Shown: positions 46,195-53,941 of the stretch, one piece after another
How the letters are laid out: every line of letters begins with the position of its first letter
Position numbering within the stretch: position 1 is the first letter of the stretch
Assembly (NCBI GenBank): GCA_030645455.1
Contig: JAUSNA010000069.1
Coordinates: 1-53,941, forward strand
Direction: 5' to 3'
DNA length: 53,941 nucleotides
Origin: Candidatus Levyibacteriota bacterium
GTDB lineage: Bacteria; Patescibacteriota; Microgenomatia; Levybacterales; GWA1-39-11
The notes under the pieces: model-generated
Database searches by the model: none
What the model was told of the DNA's origin: nothing
What the model saw: only the letters and a program-made list of their open reading frames with translations
Position numbers and translations under genes: made by a program

Positions 46195-46515
46195 TTAACT
46201 TAATATAGCTAAAATGTCCTTTTGTTCAACAATCGTCCATTCTTCATTCTCAACTTTTACTTCATTTCCTCCCCATTTTTTGTACATCACTTTGTCTCCA
46301 ACTTTTACATGCATTGAGTTCTTCACAATCTCTCCGTCATCAACTTCTCCTGGACCGATTGCCATAACAATTCCAACTGTTGGTTTTTCTTTTGCGCTGT
46401 CTGGAAGAATAATACCCGAAGCAGTTTTTGACTCAGCCTCAACTGGTCTTATTAATACATTTGAAAAAAGAGGCGCGATACTTACTGTTGTTTGAGTTTC
46501 TGTAGGTTTTTTCAT
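46195..46515 (-). CDS. groS: Co-chaperonin GroES
   Basis: I..L.NVLIRPVE....TASGIILPDSAKEKP..G.V.A.G.G and ..VKVGD.V.Y.K. I prefer the start MKKPTETQ at 46515. The longer ORF start (46560) falls inside the predicted -10/TSS. Confidence 0.9.
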   Translation of the reverse strand: MKKPTETQTTVSIAPLFSNVLIRPVEAESKTASGIILPDSAKEKPTVGIVMAIGPGEVDDGEIVKNSMHVKVGDKVMYKKWGGNEVKVENEEWTIVEQKDILAILS

Positions 46516-46523
46516 AAAATTAA

Positions 46524-46552
46524 TCCAAACAAATTTTTTAAATTTATTTGGA
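46524..46552 (-). promoter_or_regulatory. 13-bp AU-rich hairpin / inverted repeat in the groES 5' leader
   Basis: tccaaacaaattt-ttt-aaatttatttgga: 12/13 complementary as DNA and 13/13 as RNA with one G-U pair, with a 3-nt loop. It ends 8 nt before the groES ATG. Confidence 0.5.
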
Positions 46553-46561
46553 CAGCTCATA

Positions 46562-46590
46562 TTTATACAAAACCATTATCAATTTGTCAA
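46562..46590 (-). promoter_or_regulatory. Putative groESL promoter
   Basis: Minus strand TTGACA (46585-46590), 17 nt, TATAAA (46562-46567). Confidence 0.55.
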
Positions 46591-46602
46591 GAGGTCTGCT
46601 AA
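46576..46602 (-). promoter_or_regulatory. Degenerate CIRCE-like element over the groES -35
   Basis: Minus strand TTAGCAGAC-CTCTTGACA-AATTGATAA (13/18 to CIRCE). It shares the TGATAA right-arm variant seen at hsp20. Weak. Confidence 0.3.
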
Positions 46603-46697
46603 TCTATGGGCTATCTCGCTTGCAAAAAGTTCCAAAATCTTCTACGCTAATATCATCTTGCATTGCAGGTAGTTTTAGCCTGTGAGCAAGAGCCTGC

Positions 46698-47840
46698 ATG
46701 AATATTTTTAAAAATAAATTTTTTCTTCTGGGAAATTTGGCATTTCTTCTTATAGCAATTCCGGTAGTGCTTTATTTTGTTAAAAACCAAACTTCCACCC
46801 GCGGAAGCGCAGCACCAACGACAACTCTCTCATTTATCGATCCGAGTCTAACACCTGATCAATGCGACTCTACCCAAAAATCCAGGCTGGTGCTTAATCC
46901 GGGACAAAACATTGTAGCCACAGTTCAACTATCTCTTAAATGGGACAAGTCAAAATTTGATATAGATTTTGCACCAAACAAAACGGCATTTCCCCAAACG
47001 CTAAAAGGTCCTGAACAAACGACAAATGGCATGACTATAACTCTTAATACCGGGTCCGAAATTACTAACGCGATCAGTACGACAACAGACGTTGGAACCG
47101 TAACTATAAAACCAATCGCGCCAACTGGTGGTACAGTCATCAAACTTGAAATTGACCCAATCGGAACGAAGGTGTACGCCCTTTCAGAACAAGAAGAAGC
47201 AACAAATGTTTATAATGCAGCAAGTTCCTCCTCCCTACAAATCTCAATTGTCGCAAAAGCCTGTACAGATACTGCTCCTTCACCAACAACAGGTACCACA
47301 GCTCCCTCCCCAACAGTTCCCGCCATAACATCTGCTCCAACCGCACCCCAAGCAACCCCAACGGTTGGCGCGAGCAATCAATCCCCACTTTGCATTAATT
47401 TAGCCACGTCAACGTCTTCGGGATCAGCACCATTTGCCGTTACTTTTACAACAACGGGTCGCGATTCCGATGGCACTCTTAGCAAAGCGACATTTAACTT
47501 TGGAAATGGAGCACAACAAGATGTTGTGACCGGTCTTGGGGTTGCTTCAGGATCCGCACAAATTTCTTATACTTACACATCGGGAGGAACCTTTAACGCG
47601 ACATCCGTCTTTACCGATAATAGGGGCGCTGTAAGTGCGGTATGCTCAAAACAAATCGTCGCAAGCGGTGCATTTGCAACTATTGCACCAACTGCTACTC
47701 CAACAACAGCACCGATTGCAACAAGCATTCCAACTGCAACGCCTACTATTGCACCCAGCGGAAGTATTGGGATGACGGTTGGAATAATTGGAGGTATATT
47801 ACTTGTAGTTGTTGCCGGAATCTTCTTGCTAGCTCTATAA
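46698..47840 (+). CDS. Surface protein with PKD-like domain, P/T/A linkers and C-terminal TM anchor
   Basis: N-terminal TM/signal and a cohesin-like first domain (guess). PKD-like signature SAPFAVTFTTTGRDSDGTLSKATFNFGNGAQQ...YTYTSGGTFNATSVFTDNRGAVS. C-terminal hydrophobic helix IGGILLVVVAGIFLLAL. Confidence 0.6.
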   Translation: MNIFKNKFFLLGNLAFLLIAIPVVLYFVKNQTSTRGSAAPTTTLSFIDPSLTPDQCDSTQKSRLVLNPGQNIVATVQLSLKWDKSKFDIDFAPNKTAFPQTLKGPEQTTNGMTITLNTGSEITNAISTTTDVGTVTIKPIAPTGGTVIKLEIDPIGTKVYALSEQEEATNVYNAASSSSLQISIVAKACTDTAPSPTTGTTAPSPTVPAITSAPTAPQATPTVGASNQSPLCINLATSTSSGSAPFAVTFTTTGRDSDGTLSKATFNFGNGAQQDVVTGLGVASGSAQISYTYTSGGTFNATSVFTDNRGAVSAVCSKQIVASGAFATIAPTATPTTAPIATSIPTATPTIAPSGSIGMTVGIIGGILLVVVAGIFLLAL

Positions 47841-47852
47841 AGACTAGTAGAA

Positions 47853-49613
47853 TTAAACTTTCAAAATACTCATAAAAGCCTCTTTGGGGACATTAACTCT
47901 TCCAATCGATTTCATTTTCTTCTTTCCCTCTTTTTGCTTATCTAGTAATTTATCTTTTCTTGTCCTATCCCCTCCGTATAATTTACTCGTTACGTCTTTC
48001 ATGTATGCGCCAATTTTCTCAGATGCAATTATCTTTCCCCCAACGTGGGCTCTAACCGCAATCTGAAAAGAGTGCTTTGGGATACTTTTTGAAAGAACCT
48101 CAACAATTCTTCTGGAAAATGCTTCGGTGTTGGATTTATGCACAATAAATGATAGTTCCGGCACAATAACTTCATTTACTGAAATATCCACTCTTTCAAG
48201 ATTTGAATTTCTATATTCTAAAAAGTCATAGTCGAATGATGCGTATCCTGCCGATGCTGATTTTAGATTGTCATAAAAGTCATAAACTATATTTGACAAT
48301 GGCATCTCAAAAGTAACTTTAACTTGTGACCCAAAATACGTTATATCACCCTCAGTCCCTCTTCCTTTATATACAAGATCCAAAATTCCACCAAGATACT
48401 GAGCAGGTGTATATACCTCCCCCATTATAAATGGCTCCTTTATATCGTTCTTGGAAATATCAAATTCTTTGGGACTTGAAATTTCAACGCCATCCACAAG
48501 ATACGCAATTGACGGGGGTGCTGAAAAAACGTCAAGATTGTATTCACGCTCCAGTCTTTCTAGAACTATCTGGGAATGCAAAAGTCCTAAAAATCCACAC
48601 CTAAATCCCGACCCAAATATCGTCGAGTAGTCAGGAGCAACAACAAGCGCTGCATCTGTAAGTTTTAAGGAGTAGAGCGCCTTTCTTAAATTTTGAAAAT
48701 CAGATGAAGAAGTTGGATAAATAGAAAGAAAAACAAAAGGCTTTTGTTCTTTATATCCCGGTAGTGATGGCGCCGGATTTTTTGAAAGCGTCATTGTATC
48801 ACCAACTTTTGCTTGAGTAATATCTTTAATATTTGTAATGACATATCCGACATCGCCGTTTGCTAATTTTTCAGTAGACGTAAAAGTTGGGGACATGAAC
48901 CCCACGTCCATAACAAGAGCTCGGCTTTTGTCGGAAGCAAACATTATTTCGTCACCCTTTCTAATTTCTCCATTTCTTACCCTTACAAAAATCACGATCC
49001 CGCGATGCTCGTCGTACTTCGAATCAAAGATAAGCGCTTGGGTTTTGTCGCCATTAATGATCGTTGGGGGAGGAACTTTTCGTATCAAAACTTCCAGTAA
49101 ATGCTCGACCCCAATTCCGTTTTTTGCGCTAATTCTTAAAATTTCGCTTTTGTCAAAACCAAAGCTTTCCACTATTTCATTCTCTACTTTTTCAACCTCG
49201 GCACTGTCAAGATCAACCTTATTAATGGCAGGAATAATAGTAAGACCAAGACTTTTTGCTACATTAAAATGGCTAACAGTCTGCGCTTGAATTCCTTTTG
49301 TTGCATCAACAACTAATATTGCACCTTCACACGCATAAAGAGTGCGCACCACCTCGTATGAAAAATCAACGTGTCCCGGAGTATCAATGAGATTCAGGAC
49401 ATAGGGTGTAGCGTTTAGGGTGTAATTCATATGAACCGGGGCAAGCTTGATAGTAATTCCGCGCTCACGTGAAATTGGATTGCTATCGAGAAATTGTTCC
49501 TGATCCAAATCTTTACCGGTAAGGGTCCCTGTCAACGCCATGAGTCTGTCTGCAAGAGTCGACTTGCCATGATCAACGTGAGCAATTATGGCAAAGTTTC
49601 TAATATTATTCAT
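47853..49613 (-). CDS. lepA: Translation elongation factor 4 (LepA)
   Basis: IRNFAIIAHVDHGKSTLADRL, DTPGHVDF, NKVD, and the LepA-specific C-terminal region. Confidence 0.95.
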   Translation of the reverse strand: MNNIRNFAIIAHVDHGKSTLADRLMALTGTLTGKDLDQEQFLDSNPISRERGITIKLAPVHMNYTLNATPYVLNLIDTPGHVDFSYEVVRTLYACEGAILVVDATKGIQAQTVSHFNVAKSLGLTIIPAINKVDLDSAEVEKVENEIVESFGFDKSEILRISAKNGIGVEHLLEVLIRKVPPPTIINGDKTQALIFDSKYDEHRGIVIFVRVRNGEIRKGDEIMFASDKSRALVMDVGFMSPTFTSTEKLANGDVGYVITNIKDITQAKVGDTMTLSKNPAPSLPGYKEQKPFVFLSIYPTSSSDFQNLRKALYSLKLTDAALVVAPDYSTIFGSGFRCGFLGLLHSQIVLERLEREYNLDVFSAPPSIAYLVDGVEISSPKEFDISKNDIKEPFIMGEVYTPAQYLGGILDLVYKGRGTEGDITYFGSQVKVTFEMPLSNIVYDFYDNLKSASAGYASFDYDFLEYRNSNLERVDISVNEVIVPELSFIVHKSNTEAFSRRIVEVLSKSIPKHSFQIAVRAHVGGKIIASEKIGAYMKDVTSKLYGGDRTRKDKLLDKQKEGKKKMKSIGRVNVPKEAFMSILKV

Positions 49614-49694
49614 AATAATTCGTGTTCTATACGAGTGACAGCAAAATAGAAGTAAATATTCTAGTGTGTGAATTATACCAAGAAAGAATAAATT

Positions 49695-51347
49695 TTAGGG
49701 ATTGAGTTTGGAGCCATCGAGTAACTCTCCTATTTGCTTGATTATCTTGTCTCTGTGTTTAAATCTCTTAGCAACAGCAATTATATAATATGCCTCTTTT
49801 ATATCCAAAAGCCAGGTAAAGAAAATATACGCTAAAATTCCAGTCACAGAAGCGATACCGGTAAGCATCAAAAGATTTACAGTTCTTGTAGTATCAAATA
49901 CTAGTTGGTCTAAAAGCTTGATGGGAATATAAAGAGCAACCCCCATAACAAAAGTAGCTATCAAAATTTTCATCGTTGCAATAACAATTTCCAATTTAGG
50001 TAGCATAATTTTTGCATTAAGAGTTATAAGTAGCAAAATAAAACTAATTAGACTCCCAATCGTGAATGATACTCCCAAATAATATACGGGGAGCATCAGA
50101 TACATAATTAAATAATATGACAACGCAATATTTATTATCACCGAAAATAGAGTTATGAAAAAAGGAGTCTGCGAGTCTTTCAGAGCAAAGAAGGCTCGAG
50201 CAAAAAGATAAATAGCACTTTGCGCAGCAATTGATATCCCTAAGAAAGCAAGAGTTAGTCCTGTTGAAACGGTTGCATCCCAGTCAAACCGTGAAGCTCC
50301 AAAGAAAAGACGCACTATTGGAATCCTCAAAACAATAAGTAGAGCACTAACAGGCAGCGTTAGATACATTATTTGATTTAACGAACTAACAAAGATGGAA
50401 ACAAATTCTTGAGGCTCCTTTGCTTTTAATGACAACGATGGAAATGACGCTTGCGCTATTGATTGACCAAAAAGTATTACGGGCGCCAGCATTAAAGTTT
50501 GTGCAAGATCAAAAATAACAAGATTTCTCGCTGATATAAAAAGTGCAAAAAAGACGTTGGCTGTTATGGCAATTTGTGAGACCAGAAGCGTTAGAGACCT
50601 TGGAATCATAAGCTTTGCAATCTTCCTGACTGCATCGTCTCTGTGAAAATTAATATTAAAATGAAATCCTGTACCCCTCAAGAAGGGGAGCTGGGCCGCA
50701 AAGAAGAAAAAGGCACCAATAACTACACCCAAAGTTGCGCCATAAATACCCATTCCAAAAACACCCGACAAAACAACTATGCCAATTATTATTCCTAAAT
50801 TGTAAAGGGCTGATGCAATACCGGGTACTAGAAAATGCTGAAATGACTGCAGTATTCCTGAAAAAACAGTCCCGACAACAAAAAACACCTGCGAAAGCTG
50901 AATAATAATCATCAGATTAGCCATTAGGGTTATTTCCGCATCTGAAAATTTAGGGGCAATCATTCGCGCAATCGGATGAGAAAATATAATAACAACTACT
51001 GACATTAGAAAAAATATTCCAACACCATAAGTCAAAATAGCCGAAGAAAACTTATTCGCCTCTGCTCTCTTGTTTTGTGAAACGAATTCCGAAAAAAGCG
51101 GAATAAATGATGTAGAAAGAGCGCCGGTAATAAATATTTGAAAAAGAAAATCCGGAACCCTAAAAGAAGCAAGAAATACACCCAAATCACTTGATGCACC
51201 AAAAATTGCAACCAACAACCGATATTTAAGAATTCCTAGAATTTGTCCGAAAATAGTAGTTGCGACAATAAAAAATGCTGCCGTAAATATATTTGACTGT
51301 TTTAGAGTCAACGCCTGAAGTCCTTTTTTAAAAATATCTTTTACCAT
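49695..51347 (-). CDS. murJ: Lipid II flippase MurJ (MviN family)
   Basis: 14-TM MOP-superfamily layout with the typical N-terminus ...LGILKYRLLVAIFGASSDLGVFLASFRVPDFLF. Confidence 0.85.
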   Translation of the reverse strand: MVKDIFKKGLQALTLKQSNIFTAAFFIVATTIFGQILGILKYRLLVAIFGASSDLGVFLASFRVPDFLFQIFITGALSTSFIPLFSEFVSQNKRAEANKFSSAILTYGVGIFFLMSVVVIIFSHPIARMIAPKFSDAEITLMANLMIIIQLSQVFFVVGTVFSGILQSFQHFLVPGIASALYNLGIIIGIVVLSGVFGMGIYGATLGVVIGAFFFFAAQLPFLRGTGFHFNINFHRDDAVRKIAKLMIPRSLTLLVSQIAITANVFFALFISARNLVIFDLAQTLMLAPVILFGQSIAQASFPSLSLKAKEPQEFVSIFVSSLNQIMYLTLPVSALLIVLRIPIVRLFFGASRFDWDATVSTGLTLAFLGISIAAQSAIYLFARAFFALKDSQTPFFITLFSVIINIALSYYLIMYLMLPVYYLGVSFTIGSLISFILLLITLNAKIMLPKLEIVIATMKILIATFVMGVALYIPIKLLDQLVFDTTRTVNLLMLTGIASVTGILAYIFFTWLLDIKEAYYIIAVAKRFKHRDKIIKQIGELLDGSKLNP

Positions 51348-51486
51348 TTAAATACAACCAAAAAATACATTAATGAATCTTCAACTTTTTGAGGCTTCAT
51401 TTCTTGTATTTAGTTATTATCCATGTTAGAATAACCAGGTTCCTTTTACAATATGTTTGAATAATATATTGTAAACACAATAAATT

Positions 51487-51810
51487 ATGCCAGTTATAAA
51501 ATCAGCAATTAAGAAATTGCGACAAGACAAAAAACGCGAAAAACAAAATGACGATCTTCGAGAGATCCTGAAATCAACCGTGCGCGCAGCAAAAAAAACC
51601 AAAACAGGAAAATCTGTTTCTAAAGCTGTATCTATAGTTGATAAGGCTGCCAAAAATAAAATTATCCATCAAAATAAAGCCTCCAGAATCAAGGCCTCTC
51701 TATCAAGACTTGCCAAACCCCAGAGTGGCAAATCGTCTCAAAAAGTATCCAGTGTTCCCAAAAAAGTTGCGCCAAAGAAAAAAGTTACCAAACCTACAAA
51801 AGCTAAATAA
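51487..51810 (+). CDS. rpsT: 30S ribosomal protein S20
   Basis: MPVIKSAIKKLRQDKKREKQN..., highly basic, with a Lys-rich C-terminal extension. Confidence 0.9.
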   Translation: MPVIKSAIKKLRQDKKREKQNDDLREILKSTVRAAKKTKTGKSVSKAVSIVDKAAKNKIIHQNKASRIKASLSRLAKPQSGKSSQKVSSVPKKVAPKKKVTKPTKAK

Positions 51811-51840
51811 ATTTTAGCCTCATTCTTTCCCCATCCAGCT

Positions 51841-51869
51841 TTGACAATCATATATAAAAACCTTAAACT
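51841..51869 (+). promoter_or_regulatory. Putative promoter of the PilN/PilO-like module (leaderless-type spacing)
   Basis: TTGACA (51841-51846), 17 nt, TAAACT (51864-51869), then 9 nt to ATG 51879. Confidence 0.5.
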
Positions 51870-51878
51870 GGGTTATGT

Positions 51879-52442
51879 ATGGCGAAAAGAAATTCTCCCA
51901 AGCTTAATATCAACCTAAGCTCAAAAGGCAAGCAGACCGTCGGAAAAGTCGTTTATGGCTGGACTATAGATGCAGGGAGGGCAATTATTGTAATCATAGA
52001 ATTAATCGCCCTTATTGCTCTAGGATACCGGTTTATTATTGACAGGAAAATAGTTGACCTTCACGACCAGATAAAAAAAGAAGAATTATTTATTACATTG
52101 CAAGAAACTGATGAAAAAGCATACAGAAGCATACAAGACAGACTGAAAAACATTAAATCCACCAATGAAGAAACAGCTGCAAAAGTTCAAATTATGAATG
52201 AGATTTTAAAGGCAATTTCTGCAGGAACATTTTTTTCAGCAAATCTATCTATAAATGATAGAAGTGTCCTCATCGACGGGAGTACATTTTCAATATTTAC
52301 ACTAACTGATTTTTTAAATAGCCTTAAAGAATTTCCATCAGTCGTTTCTATTTCTATAGATGAGATTACCGCAACAGATGAAGGGATACGATTCAAATCA
52401 AGAGTTGATGTAAAAGATATGTCTTCAAAAGATTTAAAATGA
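51879..52442 (+). CDS. PilN-like pilus assembly protein
   Basis: N-terminal KLNINLSS (cf. the PilN INLLP motif), single TM (AIIVIIELIALIALGYRFII), a coiled coil, then an alpha/beta C-terminal domain. Confidence 0.55.
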   Translation: MAKRNSPKLNINLSSKGKQTVGKVVYGWTIDAGRAIIVIIELIALIALGYRFIIDRKIVDLHDQIKKEELFITLQETDEKAYRSIQDRLKNIKSTNEETAAKVQIMNEILKAISAGTFFSANLSINDRSVLIDGSTFSIFTLTDFLNSLKEFPSVVSISIDEITATDEGIRFKSRVDVKDMSSKDLK

Positions 52443-52443
52443 T

Positions 52444-53067
52444 ATGAAAAAAAATAAGGATTTAATAAAAGAAGAATTAAAATCACTGATTGATAAATCT
52501 AATGGTTTTCTCAATACGGGCAATAATAGACAGCAGGCGACCGCCTATTTATATGTAATTTTTTCTCTTATTGCTCTTTCCTTTTTTGGGCTTTTTGCGA
52601 TAGGACCAACTATCACAACTATATCCGATCTCAATAAGCAATATGAGGAGGATACTGTAGCGCTTGAAAAATTACAGGATAAGAATGCTGCTCTTAAATC
52701 CCTTAGTTCTCAATTTATTGACATCCAAGCCGACTTGATACTCATCGATAACGCAATTCCTCAAAGTCCGAAAATTGCGGAACTTACGCGCCAACTCGAA
52801 TATTTATCCGTCATAAATAACCTAGCTATAGAAAAGCTAGACACCGGACTTATGGAATTATTTCCAGCCAAAAATACTAATACCCCACTCTTTTCCTATA
52901 CTTTTACGATTGGGGTTAACGGAACAGAGCTTGATATTAATAATTTTCTTAGCGATGTCATTAACATGGGAAGGATTGTGGGGATCGACAAGCTTTCAAC
53001 CGGAAAACAACAAAACAATTTATTTACGGCGTCCATAACAGGACGTGCATTTTTTTACAAACAATAA
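52444..53067 (+). CDS. PilO-like pilus assembly protein
   Basis: Single TM (YLYVIFSLIALSFFGLFAIGP), a coiled coil (LNKQYEEDTVALEKLQDKNAALKSL), then a ferredoxin-like-looking C-terminus. Starts 1 nt after the PilN-like stop. Confidence 0.5.
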   Translation: MKKNKDLIKEELKSLIDKSNGFLNTGNNRQQATAYLYVIFSLIALSFFGLFAIGPTITTISDLNKQYEEDTVALEKLQDKNAALKSLSSQFIDIQADLILIDNAIPQSPKIAELTRQLEYLSVINNLAIEKLDTGLMELFPAKNTNTPLFSYTFTIGVNGTELDINNFLSDVINMGRIVGIDKLSTGKQQNNLFTASITGRAFFYKQ

Positions 53068-53078
53068 AAAGTTAACTT

Positions 53079-53411
53079 ATGTTAAAAAATTTATTACTAC
53101 TTTCCGCATTTAGCACTTTTGTTGTGATTATTCTTGTCGGACTTGATATTTATCACAAAAATAATATTTCATCTTTACAAGATACTACCAAGAGAAATAT
53201 CCTACCGATTGACCCAAAGTTTGATAAATCAACGCTTGATCAGCTCAAAAAAAGAGATCCAATTACCGTATCGCTTACGGGGAAAAGCTCTGTAATTTCC
53301 GAAGACTCAAAACCAACAAGCAGGGGGTTAAATTCCCCTTCCCCAACCATTACCCAACCAGCTGCATCATCAAGCGGAAGCATATCCCAGAGTTCTCCTT
53401 TCTTTCCCTAA
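53079..53411 (+). CDS. Small N-terminally anchored Ser/Pro-rich protein, hypothetical
   Basis: One TM (LLLLSAFSTFVVIILVGL) followed by a polar/Ser-Pro-rich tail. Confidence 0.45.
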   Translation: MLKNLLLLSAFSTFVVIILVGLDIYHKNNISSLQDTTKRNILPIDPKFDKSTLDQLKKRDPITVSLTGKSSVISEDSKPTSRGLNSPSPTITQPAASSSGSISQSSPFFP

Positions 53412-53414
53412 TAT

Positions 53415-53941
53415 ATGAAAAAAGGACTATTTAATAGACGCATACCAACTGTAATTGCACTGGTAATACTAACTGTCATAGTTGGGATATCAACATTGCT
53501 TATTCAAAGTGGAGTATTCTATGTGGGAAAAGCGGCACCTGACACACAACCTCAAAATTTCGCCATCACAAATATAACGGATACTTCTTTTACAGCGACT
53601 TTTACAACAACAGGGCTTGTAGATGCAGTACTTAGCATTAATTCCGCCAGCACCGGTAATTCCATAACCCTAGATGATAGAGATAAAAAAACAGGTGCAC
53701 AAAATAAATACTATTCACATCATATTACTGTTCCGAATCTGTCTGTTGAAACCACGTACATTTTTAAGCTAATTGTGGGTGGCAAAGAATATCAAGGATC
53801 AAATTATACGGCAAGAACCGCAAAAACCATAACAAGTGCCCCTCCAAGTCAAAACCCTCTATTTGGTAGAGTCTTACTACCAGACGGATCCACTGGCACT
53901 GACTCAATTGTCATCGCAAAAACCGATCAATCAAACTTTGT
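53415..53941 (+). CDS. Anchored protein with FN3-like then carboxypeptidase-regulatory-like domains (5' part; continues beyond the window)
   Basis: My own translation from ATG 53415: MKKGLFNRRIPTVIALVILTVIVGIST... (TM). Then PQNFAITNITDTSFTATFTTTG...TTYIFKLIVGG (FN3-like) and ...LFGRVLLPDGSTGTDSIVIA. Not in the ORF track (no stop). Confidence 0.5.
   Translation, partial: MKKGLFNRRIPTVIALVILTVIVGISTLLIQSGVFYVGKAAPDTQPQNFAITNITDTSFTATFTTTGLVDAVLSINSASTGNSITLDDRDKKTGAQNKYYSHHITVPNLSVETTYIFKLIVGGKEYQGSNYTARTAKTITSAPPSQNPLFGRVLLPDGSTGTDSIVIAKTDQSNF

Noticed and set aside
46516-46560. 15-codon 5' extension of groES (MSCPNKFKKFVWINF)
   Set aside because: It overlaps the predicted -10/TSS and the leader hairpin. 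The GroES homology starts at MKKPTETQ.
51348-51486. Imperfect hairpin tgaatcttcaa-cttt-ttgaggcttca between murJ and rpsT
   Set aside because: It is 9/11 complementary with no flanking T-tract. It lies upstream of both divergent genes, so it is not a terminator, and it is too weak to call a regulatory RNA.

Overview
AT-rich, very densely coded bacterial chromosomal segment with about 55 protein genes. I found no rRNA, tRNA, CRISPR array, transposase or integrase. Gene content suggests a reduced Candidate Phyla Radiation/Patescibacteria (Microgenomates-like) genome; this taxonomy is inference only. The supporting features are a Gram-positive-style type IV pilus locus, a small VirB2-type pilin, a slimmed chaperone set, GT-C/GT2 envelope glycosylation genes and very little biosynthesis. 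Main blocks follow. (1) 1-1381: a membrane-anchored Clp-like AAA+ gene (partial, absent from the ORF track) coupled to a small membrane protein. (2) 1461-12072: a type IV pilus locus (pilB, pilC, four minor pilin-like genes including a 647-aa pilin-propeller fusion, two tandem major-pilin paralogs). It is bracketed by HPt + REC at the head and REC + GAF histidine kinase at the tail. (3) 12099-16448: an HMGL-type 2-oxoacid/acetyl-CoA synthase divergent from a domain-permuted fused aconitase-family dehydratase, plus a divergent YrdC/Sua5-like gene. (4) 17403-34126: one 16.7-kb same-strand block starting with a CIRCE-controlled hrcA-grpE-dnaK and ending with dnaJ. About 12.5 kb of envelope genes sit between dnaK and dnaJ: a His-motif protein, a 701-aa exported protein, a VirB2-like pilin, a 716-aa polytopic membrane protein, an M-domain-less Clp unfoldase with low-complexity insertions, and an M4+M28 fusion protease flanked by anchored proteins. 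(5) metG and hsp20 (with its own CIRCE), a PEGA/SH3 protein, and a polyprenyl-phosphate glycopolymer cluster (DPPRS-like UbiA, WecA/MraY-like, GT-C, processive GT2), then tatD. (6) groESL, a PKD surface protein, lepA, murJ, rpsT. (7) 51879-end: a second pilus-assembly-like module (PilN-like, PilO-like, small anchored protein, FN3-like protein). My best candidates for something undescribed are the pilin/polytopic-membrane/Clp module embedded in the heat-shock operon, the output-less phosphorelay wrapped around the pilus locus, and the HMGL + permuted aconitase pair. All functional calls rest on motif recognition by eye, with no database searches.
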